Of a DNA stretch of 64,000 bases, positions 1 to 9,235 are shown piece after piece. Within the stretch, counting starts at the first letter, position 1. Each line of letters opens with the position of its first letter. Made by a program: the position numbers and the translations under genes. The notes under the pieces are model-generated. The model did not search any database. It saw only the letters and a list, made by a program, of their open reading frames with translations, and was not told where the DNA came from. The stretch lies in assembly GCA_951812715.1 (NCBI GenBank), contig OX638323.1, positions 1,776,577-1,840,576 on the forward strand, given 5' to 3'. Source of the DNA: an uncultured Pseudohongiella sp. (GTDB lineage: Bacteria; Pseudomonadota; Gammaproteobacteria; Pseudomonadales; Pseudohongiellaceae).

Positions 1-102
1 AACGCTCGGCCGTGACCGATTGCAGGGACTGCCCGAACAGGGCCGGCGCGGCAAGCAGCAACAAGGCCGCCGACAATAAGTATCGCGAAAAGCTTTCCAG
101 GT
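1..102 (-). CDS. 5' end of an exported protein gene running off the left edge (partial)
   Basis: Reverse-strand ATG at 102-100 followed by MRLHLESFSRYLLSAALLLLAAPALFGQSLQSV, a signal-peptide-like stretch. Only 34 codons are visible and there is no clear SD. Confidence 0.3.
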
Positions 103-143
103 GGAGTCTCATTCACTGGCTCATGGCTGCGGAAACCGGGCAA

Positions 144-2768
144 TTAAACCACGCGGCGCAGAACCGTCAAGGGGCTGGTGTTGACCACCTTGCGAGTGGA
201 GTTTACGCCGAGGAAGGCGATGATCATGGCGCCCAGGATCGGCCCGGCCAGCCAGACCCAGTAATGCAAGTTGAATTCCTGCTCGAAAACCTGCTCCTGC
301 AGATAGAACAATCCGGCTTCCGCGCCAAGGGTGGCGATTACCCCGGCAACAATGCCAATGAAGGAAAATTCGATCAGCAAGGAGGTCAGAATCAGTTTGC
401 GCCCCGCGCCAAGGGTACGCAGGATCGCATTTTCGTGAAAGCGCTCGTCGAGACTGGCGCTGACGCAGGCAAGCAACACCAGAGCCCCTGCTATCAGCAC
501 CAGGACGAAGATCAGTTCGATGGCGGAAGTCACCTGGTCGATGATGTTCTGTATCTGCTCAATCAATGCATCGACCTCCACGACCACGATGGTGGGGAAC
601 TGCCGGATGAGATCGTTCAACACCAGTTTCTGTTCGGTTTCGAGCAGCACCGTGGACAAAAACGTTGCGCCGAGATGATCGATGGTGCCCGGCGAAAATA
701 TGATAAAGAAATTCGGCTGCATGTTGTCCCAGCGGACCGAGCGGAAGTTGGCGACTTCGGCGCTGACGAACTGCTGGTTGATCTCGAATTCCATCATGTC
801 GCCGATTTCGATATCCAGCCAGTCGGCATATTCCTCGTCAACCGACACCAGACCCGGCCTGGAATTCTCTTGCCACCAGTCGCCGGCGGTGACGCGGTTG
901 TCCGCGGGCAGATCCGTTGCCCAGGTCACCTGGCGGCGGCTGAGGCGCCCCCGCACCCGCCGACCCTCGGCGCCAGCCTCTGCTCCGGAACCGGGCGCGG
1001 CGTCCGCGGTGGTTGTATCTTCCATCCGGTTGTTCTCCGCCAGAGACGCGCCGCGTTCTTCCTCGCCAAGCTCGCTTTCGGGATCGGGTTCACTGCCGTT
1101 GATGGTCCGAACGCGGGCGCTGATTAGCGGATAGAAGGCATTGGAGTCGACCTGGTTTTCGCTGAAGAAGTCTTCGATGCCCTGCACTTGGGAACCGGTG
1201 ATATTCATCATGAAATGATTGGGGGTATTTTCCGGCAGTTGCGCCTGCCAGTCTTCGATCAGGTCGGTGCGCAGCAAGCTCAGAATCAGCAGCGACATGA
1301 GCGTGGCCGAGAACACCATGACTTGCAGCACGTTCTGCCGGCGCCTTCTGCGCACCGCGGTCATGGCCAGCTTCCAGGCATTGCCGGCCTTCATCCCCGC
1401 CGAGCCGCTGGATGTCAGGAACAGCAGGGAAATCAACGACAGAATCAGCCCGGCGCCGGCGACTCCGACAACCAGCAGCGATGTCAGCACCAAGTCTTGA
1501 CTGTACCAGAAAATCAGGAAGATGCTGCCGCCGATTCCGAATGCGTAGGGTACGCGGTCGCTGAATCGCGTTTGGGTCAAATCCCTGCGCAGCACCCGCA
1601 AGGGCGGTGTCTCCCGCAACGCGAGCAAGGGCGGCAGCGCGAAGGAAAGCAGGCAGATGAATGCGGTCATGGCGCCGACGACGAAAGGCTCGGAGCCAGG
1701 CGGAGGCAAGTCGACCTGCAAGCTCGCCCGCAAGGCGCGCAGGATGCCTTCATGTACCAGGTAGCCAAGCATGGAACCGAGCAGCACCGCTAGCGCCGCC
1801 AGTTTCAACTGGATCAGCAAATAGATCGCGCTGATGCGGCCCGAGGTGCAACCGAGCGTTTTCAATATCGCGACGTAATCGTAATGGCGCTCACTGTAGC
1901 GCCGGGCGCTCAAGGCGATCGCCAGGCCGGCAAGCAGCACGGCGAACATCGATCCCAGCAATAGATAACCTTCGGCCCGGTCCAGCGCCTCGGCGACTTC
2001 CTCGCTTTCCTCGCGCACATCGCGGATGTAGTAATTGCCATCGAAAGTGTCGCGCACCCACTGTTCGAATTCGTCGAGCTGGTCGAAATCATCGTGAGAA
2101 AAAAGGGAACGATAGCTGACCCGGCTGCCGAGCTGGACGACATTGGTGGCGGCGACATCGTCCATATGCAACATCAGCCGCGGTCCGGCATTATCGACGA
2201 TGCCGCCCTGGCCCCGATCGGGCTCGGCGATGATTACCGCGCCCACGGTCAATTCGGTTTCGCCGACAAATATCGGGTCGCCAACTTGGACTCCGAGCGC
2301 CGGCAGCGCGCGCGATTCCAGCCAGACCTCGCCCGGCGGCGGACCATTGGTTACCGGCGCGCCGCGGGTAAAAGGCTGCAAGGTCGTGATCACTTCGCCG
2401 CGCAGGGGGTACTCATCGGTTACCGCCTTGGCGGCGACCAGCATATTGCCATTGTCCGAAAACGCCATCGAAGTGAAGGACAAGGTACCGGCGGTGCGGA
2501 AGCCGCGCCTGACGGCCTCGGCATTAATCTCGGCCGGCGCCGGCTCGCGGGTATGCATCACGCGGTCGGCAGCCAGCATATTGGCGGATTCCAGCAGCAG
2601 GGCTCTTTCCAGCCGGTCGGTAAACAGCGCAATGCCAGTGACCGACGTTACCGCCAATACCAGTGCGAGAAACAGCAGTCGCAATTCGCCCCCGCGCCAG
2701 TCGCGCCACATCAGGCGCCAGGATACGGCCAGCAAATTGCGCGGGCTTGAGCTCGCGGCGTCAGGCAT
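144..2768 (-). CDS. ybbP: FtsX-family ABC transporter permease, YbbP-like (two FtsX modules, ~874 aa)
   Basis: 874-aa ORF with multiple hydrophobic helices. Its start overlaps the stop of the upstream ABC ATPase by 8 nt. Sits in the conserved tesA / ybbA-ybbP divergent arrangement. Confidence 0.8.
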   Translation of the reverse strand: MPDAASSSPRNLLAVSWRLMWRDWRGGELRLLFLALVLAVTSVTGIALFTDRLERALLLESANMLAADRVMHTREPAPAEINAEAVRRGFRTAGTLSFTSMAFSDNGNMLVAAKAVTDEYPLRGEVITTLQPFTRGAPVTNGPPPGEVWLESRALPALGVQVGDPIFVGETELTVGAVIIAEPDRGQGGIVDNAGPRLMLHMDDVAATNVVQLGSRVSYRSLFSHDDFDQLDEFEQWVRDTFDGNYYIRDVREESEEVAEALDRAEGYLLLGSMFAVLLAGLAIALSARRYSERHYDYVAILKTLGCTSGRISAIYLLIQLKLAALAVLLGSMLGYLVHEGILRALRASLQVDLPPPGSEPFVVGAMTAFICLLSFALPPLLALRETPPLRVLRRDLTQTRFSDRVPYAFGIGGSIFLIFWYSQDLVLTSLLVVGVAGAGLILSLISLLFLTSSGSAGMKAGNAWKLAMTAVRRRRRQNVLQVMVFSATLMSLLILSLLRTDLIEDWQAQLPENTPNHFMMNITGSQVQGIEDFFSENQVDSNAFYPLISARVRTINGSEPDPESELGEEERGASLAENNRMEDTTTADAAPGSGAEAGAEGRRVRGRLSRRQVTWATDLPADNRVTAGDWWQENSRPGLVSVDEEYADWLDIEIGDMMEFEINQQFVSAEVANFRSVRWDNMQPNFFIIFSPGTIDHLGATFLSTVLLETEQKLVLNDLIRQFPTIVVVEVDALIEQIQNIIDQVTSAIELIFVLVLIAGALVLLACVSASLDERFHENAILRTLGAGRKLILTSLLIEFSFIGIVAGVIATLGAEAGLFYLQEQVFEQEFNLHYWVWLAGPILGAMIIAFLGVNSTRKVVNTSPLTVLRRVV

Positions 2769-3450
2769 GGGCAGCTACCGCGGCGGTTTCCTCACTTTCG
2801 ATCTCGCCGGCAGCCAGCTTGACGATACGTCCGCATTTGCGCGCCAGCCGTTCGTCGTGGGTCACCAGCACCAGGGTGGTGTCGAATTCCCGGTTCAGTC
2901 CGAACAGCACATCAATCACCTTGCCGCCGGTGGCGGTATCGAGATTACCCGTGGGCTCGTCGGCAAACAGCACCCGCGCTCTGGTGGCGAACGCCCGGGC
3001 GATGGCTACGCGCTGCTGTTCGCCGCCGGAAAGCTGGCTGGGATAATGGTGCCAGCGATCCGCCAGTCCGACTCGGCCGATCAGTTCGCGCGCCTTGGCG
3101 CTGGCGCCGGGATCGCCTTTCAGTTCGATCGGCAGCATTACGTTTTCGAGCGCGGTCAGGCTGGGCAGCAATTGAAAGGTCTGGAATACGAAACCCACGG
3201 TTCGCGCGCGCAGCAGCGCGCGCTGTTCCTCATCCATGGCCGAGAGCTTGTGGCCGTCAAGCCAAATATCGCCGGCGGTGGCGGTATCGAGCCCCGCCAT
3301 TAGGCCAAGCAGGGTCGACTTGCCCGAACCGGAAGCGCCGACGATGGCCACCGACTCACCGGTTTCGATGTACAATCCAACGTCATTGAGGATGGTTAAT
3401 TCGCCTTCGCTGGTTGCAACGCGTTTGGTCAATCCTGCAATGCGGATCAT
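2761..3450 (-). CDS. ybbA: ABC transporter ATP-binding protein, YbbA-like
   Basis: Walker A GASGSGKSTLLGLMAGLD, signature LSGGEQQRVAIARAF, Walker B LFADEPTGNLD. Start chosen at MIRIAGLTKRV (ORF in track extends to 3504). Confidence 0.9.
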   Translation of the reverse strand: MIRIAGLTKRVATSEGELTILNDVGLYIETGESVAIVGASGSGKSTLLGLMAGLDTATAGDIWLDGHKLSAMDEEQRALLRARTVGFVFQTFQLLPSLTALENVMLPIELKGDPGASAKARELIGRVGLADRWHHYPSQLSGGEQQRVAIARAFATRARVLFADEPTGNLDTATGGKVIDVLFGLNREFDTTLVLVTHDERLARKCGRIVKLAAGEIESEETAAVAAHA

Positions 3451-3588
3451 GTTTTCGCCGCCGGTTTGCCACCTTGAGGGGCAGTCATTATAGTGCATAC
3501 GCAAGTACGGTTCCGGTTACCCTCCCTCTTACGCAACTTGGGCCGGAACCGGTTCAATGCAACGGGGAAAGTCCTGATTCCGCCATCC

Positions 3589-4224
3589 ATGCGCCCGAAC
3601 ATAGCCAGACTAATCATCCTGTTTGCCGTATTCCTGTGTCAGGCCATCCCGGCCATGGCCCAACAGCGCAATTTGCTGGTCTGGGGCGACAGCCTCAGCG
3701 CCGCGTTTGGCATGCGGGAAGAACAGGGCTGGGTGCAGTTGCTGTCCGAGCGCATCGCACGGGAATTTCCCGATTATCAAGTCATCAACGGTAGCGTCAG
3801 CGGCGAAACCACTACCGGCGGACTCGAGCGCCTGCCGGCGATGCTTGCGGAATACCTGCCTGAACTGGTCATTCTCGAACTCGGCGGCAACGACGGCCTG
3901 CTCGGCATCCCGGTGGACGCCATCCGCCGCAATCTCGACGCAATGATTCGCCTGATCGAAGCGAACGGCGGACGCGTGCTGTTGGCGGGTATCCGGATTC
4001 CGCCCAATTATGGGCCGCGCTATACCGAGCCATTTCACGAGAATTTCTTCAGCCTCGCTGAAGAGCACGAACTGCCGTTGCTCCCCTTTCTGATCGAAAG
4101 CATCCCGGAAGTCCCGGAACTGATGCAGAACGACGGCATCCACCCGGTAGCCAAAGCCCAGCCCATCGTGCTCGAAAACGTCTGGACGGTGCTTGAGCCG
4201 ATGCTGCTTGAGCCGGACGGCTAA
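3589..4224 (+). CDS. tesA: SGNH/GDSL arylesterase, acyl-CoA thioesterase I / lysophospholipase L1
   Basis: Signal peptide, then LLVWGDSLSAAFGM (GDS block), ELGGNDGL and DGIHP blocks. Divergent from ybbA as in E. coli. Start chosen at MRPNIARLIILF. Confidence 0.9.
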   Translation: MRPNIARLIILFAVFLCQAIPAMAQQRNLLVWGDSLSAAFGMREEQGWVQLLSERIAREFPDYQVINGSVSGETTTGGLERLPAMLAEYLPELVILELGGNDGLLGIPVDAIRRNLDAMIRLIEANGGRVLLAGIRIPPNYGPRYTEPFHENFFSLAEEHELPLLPFLIESIPEVPELMQNDGIHPVAKAQPIVLENVWTVLEPMLLEPDG

Positions 4225-5507
4225 TCCGTGGTCGCGGACGGAATTCCTTTATCCGCCTCGCCAATGGTCCCGTTCTGCAACCGTATCAGCAGGAAAGCCG
4301 AAGCAAGGTTGCACAGTCCCATGACGATTAGCGCGAGGTTGTAATCACCGGCAATGTCGTAATACAAGGCCACGAGCACTGGACCTACGGCGGACAGGCC
4401 AAAGGAAAACGGCAGGGCCATGCTGCGTACCGAACCCAGATAGCGGCGGCCGAAGAAGGAGGCCCAGATTACTTCCTGCAGCGGCAACATGCCGCCCCAG
4501 CCAACCCCCATGATCAGGAAGCCGGCGTAGACCAGAAAGTCCATCCGGATGGCGATCGTCAACACTATGAATATCACCGAAAGCCCGGTAATTACGGCCC
4601 CCACCGCGGTAAGCAACATGGGCTTGAAGCGATCGATCAGCAGTCCCCAGAACGGCTTGCTGAAAAACGCCGGCAGTGAAGCCAGCGGCACCATGCTCGC
4701 GGCAACCAGACGCGAATATCCGGCGTCGGTCAGCAGCGGAATCGTTTGCAGCAACATTACCGTGATCGAGATCTGGAACAGGCCGAAAGCGACGACCAGA
4801 ATGTAGAACTCGCTCGTGCGCATGGCCTGGGCGCGAGTCATGGAACGCGCGAAGTCCGCATGGGCGGCCGCGCCATGGCCCTGCTCAAGTTCCTTCTGCG
4901 TCTTGCCGTCGGGAAACAGTCCGTAATCCTCCGGCCGGCGACGCGCGACCGCCGCCATCGGCAAGGCGCAGCACAAGGTAATTAGGCTCAGAATCCGCCA
5001 GGATTCCCGCCAGCCGTAGTTGTCCACCAGAAAGGCGGCTAACGGCTGCATGACAATGCCGGCGCCCGAGATTCCCATGGCGGCCAGGGATACCACCCAG
5101 CCGCGCCGTTCGACGAACCATTTGCCGAGGGAGACATTGATGACAAGGTTGCCGATCATGGCGCTGCCGATTGTAAGAATAACGCCATTGAACAGCAGCC
5201 ATTGGGGCAGGGTCTGGATCAGGCTCAAGCTGTACAGCGTCGCCGACATCAACAGCGCGCCGGCAAAAATGAAGGGCCGACCGCCCCAGCGATCGATCCA
5301 GGCGCCGATCACGAAACCGGTGAAGGCGACCATCAGTTGCCCCAGCGAACGCGAGGCGCTGAATTCGGCCCTGGTCCAGCCGAACTCGTCGTTCATCGGC
5401 ACCATGAAGGCTCCCGCGACGTAGTTCGACATGCCCACGGCGATGAACTGTGTGACCAGACCGGCGACAACGATCCAGTATCCGTAGTAAATGCGCCGAC
5501 CTTTCAC
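4221..5507 (-). CDS. MFS transporter (oxalate/formate-antiporter-like N-terminus)
   Basis: About 12 hydrophobic segments. N-terminus RRIYYGYWIVVAGLVTQFIAVG is typical of this MFS group. GTG at 5507 chosen; the track ORF extends to 5792, which seems too long. Confidence 0.75.
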   Translation of the reverse strand: MKGRRIYYGYWIVVAGLVTQFIAVGMSNYVAGAFMVPMNDEFGWTRAEFSASRSLGQLMVAFTGFVIGAWIDRWGGRPFIFAGALLMSATLYSLSLIQTLPQWLLFNGVILTIGSAMIGNLVINVSLGKWFVERRGWVVSLAAMGISGAGIVMQPLAAFLVDNYGWRESWRILSLITLCCALPMAAVARRRPEDYGLFPDGKTQKELEQGHGAAAHADFARSMTRAQAMRTSEFYILVVAFGLFQISITVMLLQTIPLLTDAGYSRLVAASMVPLASLPAFFSKPFWGLLIDRFKPMLLTAVGAVITGLSVIFIVLTIAIRMDFLVYAGFLIMGVGWGGMLPLQEVIWASFFGRRYLGSVRSMALPFSFGLSAVGPVLVALYYDIAGDYNLALIVMGLCNLASAFLLIRLQNGTIGEADKGIPSATTD

Positions 5508-5658
5508 ATGCTGACACTTCCGGGGAGATGCGAGGATTCTAGTGCATCTGATCGGCGACCCCAAAATGCGTGATGGCCGAGCCGCGAAACGATCCTGCCG
5601 CGCATCCTCATACTCCGCCGCCGCGCGAGAATATTGACGCCAATTCGCGGAAGAGCTG

Positions 5659-5913
5659 ATGCAATCCTTCAAGGAAGCGCTTGCCCATGCAAAAGGAGAA
5701 GGTCCGGCGATTGTTCGCGAATTCCCCACACCGCGTGAGGTTCGTGAAAGAATTCGGCTATCCCAGTCGGAAATGGCGCCGCTGATGGGCATGAGTCTTT
5801 CAGGCTATCGTAAATGGGAACAGGGGGAGAGAAAGGTAAGTGGCCCCGCGGCCAATTTATTGCAAGTGATCGCTAAAGAACCGCAAGCGGTGATACGAGC
5901 TTTGCGCATGTGA
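5659..5913 (+). CDS. XRE-type HTH protein, COG2944/HigA-MqsA-like antitoxin homologue (orphan)
   Basis: RLSQSEMAPLMGMSLSGYRKWEQGERKVSGPAANLLQVI matches the HTH_XRE antitoxin pattern (lsQ-eFA-llGvs-tv--WEqGrr-P-g-a--LL). An in-frame stop lies 8 codons upstream of the ATG. No toxin ORF is adjacent. Confidence 0.6.
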   Translation: MQSFKEALAHAKGEGPAIVREFPTPREVRERIRLSQSEMAPLMGMSLSGYRKWEQGERKVSGPAANLLQVIAKEPQAVIRALRM

Positions 5914-5951
5914 ATTGCCAGTTGGATCGGCCCCGCGGGGCGCAGGAAGGT

Positions 5952-6680
5952 TCAACTGTTACAAATCGCCAGGTAGCGGGAGATTACCTGTTCCACGCCG
6001 TGTTCGAGGCATTCGACTATGAGGGCGTGGCCAATAGATACTTCGAGGACGCTTCCGATTTCGAGGAAACGGGCCAGATTATCGAGATTCAGATCGTGGC
6101 CGGCATTGACGCCGATGCCTGATTCCATCGCCCTGGCGGCCGCCGCGCGATAGCGGTCGAGCACTTCGGCTTGATCCGGCCCGCCGAACGCCTCGGCGTA
6201 TTCTTCGGTATATAGTTCAATGCGGTCGCAGCCCGCGGCGGGCGCGTGTTCGGCCATGGCGGCCGAAGGGTCGAGAAACACACTGCTGCGTACGCCGACT
6301 TGGCGCAGGAGCGAAGTCACATCCCGCAAGAGTTTAAGGTTTTGGGGAATGTCCCAGCCATGGTCCGACGTGATCTGGTCGGGCGCATCAGGCACCAGGG
6401 TGCATTGGTCCGGCTTGACGTCTTCGATCAGCGCGAGGAATTCAGGCGAAGGGTACCCTTCAATGTTGAATTCGACATCGGAATAATCGCCGAGCATCTC
6501 GCGCAATTGGTATACGTCGCCGCGGCGGATATGGCGCTCGTCGGGCCGCGGGTGCACGGTGACTCCGCGCACGCCGAGGCCGATCACGCGGCGGGCGAAG
6601 TCGGTCACACAGGGATAATCGCGTCCGCGCGAGTTGCGCAACAGGGCGATCTTGTTCAGATTGACGCTTAGCCGGGTCAT
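5952..6680 (-). CDS. pdxJ: pyridoxine 5'-phosphate synthase
   Basis: N-terminus MTRLSVNLNKIALLRNSRGRDYP and ~240 aa length fit PdxJ. 4-nt overlap with the upstream hydrolase gene. Confidence 0.85.
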   Translation of the reverse strand: MTRLSVNLNKIALLRNSRGRDYPCVTDFARRVIGLGVRGVTVHPRPDERHIRRGDVYQLREMLGDYSDVEFNIEGYPSPEFLALIEDVKPDQCTLVPDAPDQITSDHGWDIPQNLKLLRDVTSLLRQVGVRSSVFLDPSAAMAEHAPAAGCDRIELYTEEYAEAFGGPDQAEVLDRYRAAAARAMESGIGVNAGHDLNLDNLARFLEIGSVLEVSIGHALIVECLEHGVEQVISRYLAICNS

Positions 6681-7471
6681 GCATCGTGCCTGTTCTTGGC
6701 AAGAAAGTGTTCGATTGCCTCAAGGGAAGCCTGGGGCTGCTCGACATTCAACCAATGCCCGGCGTCCGGCAACAATTGTATCTCGGCGGCTGGAAACAGG
6801 CGGCGAATCTCCAACTGATGGTCGAATTGCAAATAAACGGACCTTTCGCCGAACAGAAACAGCGCGGGGCCGCTAAACGATTCCGAGGCTTCGGGTGCGC
6901 TCGCCAAGGCTGCCAGATTGGCTTCGATGGCGGACAGATTCAAGCGCCAGCGATAACCGCCATGCGTTAGCCGTTCCAGATTGGTCAAAAGGAAATTCCG
7001 CACCTGATCTTCGGGAACGGCGGCGCGCAAGCGCTCATCCGCCTCGGCTCTGCTGTTCATTCGGCGCACCGGCAGATTCAGCATCGCGCCGAGCGCCGGA
7101 TGCCGCGCCGCTATCGACGACACGCCGTAATCCACCGGAGCAATATCCGCTACCACCAGCTTGCCGACTCGCTCAGGCTCGGCAAAGGCCAGTTGCATCG
7201 CCACCTTGCCGCCCATGGAATGACCGAGCAGATGGCAGTTTTCAATGCCCCGCGCATCGAGCCATTCACCGACGTCGGCGGCCATGACCACATAATTCAT
7301 ATGTCCGTCATGGGGCGAGGCGCCGTGATTGCGCAGATCCAGGCCGTATACGGCGTAGCGCTCCGCCAGCCGCTTGGCGTGCCAGCCCCAATTGGCATGA
7401 CTGCCGAACAGTCCGTGCAGAATCAGCAGCGGCTCGCCTTCCGCGGAATATTGGCGGTGGTGGAGCCGCAT
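6677..7471 (-). CDS. alpha/beta-fold hydrolase (YbfF-like esterase)
   Basis: LLILHGLFGSHANWG oxyanion region, nucleophile elbow GHSMGGKVAM, C-terminal DAGHW. Confidence 0.8.
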   Translation of the reverse strand: MRLHHRQYSAEGEPLLILHGLFGSHANWGWHAKRLAERYAVYGLDLRNHGASPHDGHMNYVVMAADVGEWLDARGIENCHLLGHSMGGKVAMQLAFAEPERVGKLVVADIAPVDYGVSSIAARHPALGAMLNLPVRRMNSRAEADERLRAAVPEDQVRNFLLTNLERLTHGGYRWRLNLSAIEANLAALASAPEASESFSGPALFLFGERSVYLQFDHQLEIRRLFPAAEIQLLPDAGHWLNVEQPQASLEAIEHFLAKNRHDA

Positions 7472-7480
7472 CGCTCAGCC

Positions 7481-7592
7481 GCGCAAGCTCCGATTCAATC
7501 GGAGCTTGCGCGCGCTAAAGTGAAGCGCCACCGAATTCGATGGCGTACGCCTTCGAATTCGCGAGCAAAACAAAGCCACGCTTTTGTTTTGC
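7481..7592. repeat. three consecutive stem-loops (REP-like or terminator candidates) between bcp and the hydrolase gene
   Basis: Hairpin 1: gcgcaagctccga/tcggagcttgcgc, perfect 13-bp stem (7481-7511). Hairpin 2: cgaattcga/tcgaattcg (7532-7561). Hairpin 3: gcaaaacaaag/cttttgttttgc (7565-7592, one bulge). No clear T-tract follows any of them on the minus strand. Confidence 0.5.
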
Positions 7593-7620
7593 GACAATGA
7601 AAATTTCAAGGAGAAAATTT

Positions 7621-8100
7621 TCACAGAGAATCGAGCACTTCGAGAACGTCTTGGTGATGGGTTTTGGTTTTTACCTTGTTCATGACATGAGCGATGGTCC
7701 CATCCTTGTCGATGACAAAACTGATGCGATTTACGCCCATATATTCCCTGCCCATGAACTTCTTCAGTCCCCAAACGCCGTAGGCTTCGGCAATGGCGTG
7801 ATCTTCATCGGCCAGCAAAGTGAAATTAAGTTCTTCCTTCTCTTCGAACTTCTTCAGCCGCTTGACCGGATCCGGACTGACGCCGATGGCGACGGCATCG
7901 CGCGCCGCAAGCCCCTCGCTCGAATCTCGCAGCCCCTGAGCCTGCACCGTGCAACCCGGCGTCATGGCCTTGGGATAGAAATAGAGCACAACACGCGACT
8001 TGCCGGCAAAATCCGCCAGACTAACCGTGTTTCCTGCCTGATCCGACAAACTAAATTCGGGCGCCTTGTCGCCCTTTTGCAATGTGGTCATGGAGAGCAT
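7621..8100 (-). CDS. bcp: thiol peroxidase / peroxiredoxin Bcp
   Basis: VVLYFYPKAMTPGCTVQAQ contains the peroxidatic Cys motif. 159 aa. Confidence 0.9.
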   Translation of the reverse strand: MLSMTTLQKGDKAPEFSLSDQAGNTVSLADFAGKSRVVLYFYPKAMTPGCTVQAQGLRDSSEGLAARDAVAIGVSPDPVKRLKKFEEKEELNFTLLADEDHAIAEAYGVWGLKKFMGREYMGVNRISFVIDKDGTIAHVMNKVKTKTHHQDVLEVLDSL

Positions 8101-8156
8101 ATTCCTGAATTAAAATTGTGCTGCATTATACCGGCAAGCAGGTATGATTCACGCTA

Positions 8157-8861
8157 ATGGATTCCAGTCCCCGCTCCATCGTAGTGCTGACCGGCGCCGG
8201 CGTTTCGGCCGAATCCGGCATTCGCACTTTCCGCGCCGCGGAAGGTTTGTGGGAGGAACATCGGATTGAAGACGTGGCTTCGCCGATCGGCTTCGCGCGC
8301 GATCCGCATCTGGTGCACGATTTCTACAATCAGCGCCGGCGGCACTTGCAGCGCCCGGATATCAAGCCCAATGCCGCCCATTTTGCGCTGGCCGAATTCG
8401 AGCGGAACTTTGGCGGCGAATTCCTGCTGGTCACTCAGAACATCGACGATCTGCACGAGCGCGCCGGCAGCCGCGAGCCGCGGCACATGCATGGCGAGAT
8501 GCTGAAGATTCGCTGCGAATATTCAGAGCGAGTATTCGACAACCGCGAAGATGTCTTCCCCGAGACCGTATGCTCCTGTTGTGGACGACCGGGCAGGCTG
8601 CGTCCAGATGTGGTGTGGTTTGGCGAAATGCCGTTCCACATGGATGAAATTTTCAACGCGCTTGCCGCTTGCGATCTGTTCCTCGCCATCGGAACTTCGG
8701 GCAATGTCTATCCCGCGGCCGGCTTCTACCAGGCCGCCAAGGCCGGCGGCGCGCGGACCGTGGAATTGAACCTCGAACGCACGGGCAGTAGTTTCGACCA
8801 CGGCCACTACGGACCTGCCACCGAGATCGTGCCCCGATACTTCGAACAAATTCAATATTGA
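8157..8861 (+). CDS. cobB: NAD-dependent protein deacylase (Sir2 family)
   Basis: [29 protein letters not shown], zinc ribbon C..C...[22 protein letters not shown]. Confidence 0.9.
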   Translation: MDSSPRSIVVLTGAGVSAESGIRTFRAAEGLWEEHRIEDVASPIGFARDPHLVHDFYNQRRRHLQRPDIKPNAAHFALAEFERNFGGEFLLVTQNIDDLHERAGSREPRHMHGEMLKIRCEYSERVFDNREDVFPETVCSCCGRPGRLRPDVVWFGEMPFHMDEIFNALAACDLFLAIGTSGNVYPAAGFYQAAKAGGARTVELNLERTGSSFDHGHYGPATEIVPRYFEQIQY

Positions 8862-9235
8862 CAAGCTGAAGCAGGGCGGGTGCGAGTCCACTATTATTTG
8901 CCTGGCTGGTTAATATTAGCCCCTGCATTAGGTTACTGATGGAGCAAATTCTTGCCGGCGCATCCGCGATGGATCTGGCGTTCGCCAACCGGACTATGAA
9001 AAACATTCGCGAGAACCCGCGCGCAGCCGAGCGCGACCTTGGCCGCGCTTCCGCAAACAAGTTTGGATTACGACTCGCTGACTTGACGGCGGCGACTCGA
9101 TCGATATTTGACTCGTTTTCCGGTTCGAGAATCAGCATGGCGAAAACACGCCGGACAGGAAATCGGGGTCAGTTATAATTCCCGGAAAAGTCGGCTTGGC
9201 GGTGGCTGTCTTGCCCGGCGCGATAACGGAGTGAA

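Noticed and set aside
12-1127. Long ORFs antisense to or overlapping confident genes. Examples: 12-1127(+), 2143-3303(+), 12869-13651(-), 13907-14518(-), 15445-16596(-), 22966-23973(-), 28107-29060(-), 32616-33491(-), 33715-34554(-), 35573-36370(-), 39230-40354(+), 42262-43122(-), 55954-57453(+), 61204-62100(-), 61805-62644(-).
   Set aside because: They lie opposite genes with strong family motifs. Their translations are Arg/Ala/Gly/Pro-rich low-complexity strings typical of shadow ORFs in high-GC DNA, and none has a recognisable motif or SD.
8862-9235. Small ORFs (8939-9178 +, 8653-9138 -) in the gap after cobB.
   Set aside because: They overlap each other and have no SD, motif or compositional support. 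This may simply be intergenic DNA.
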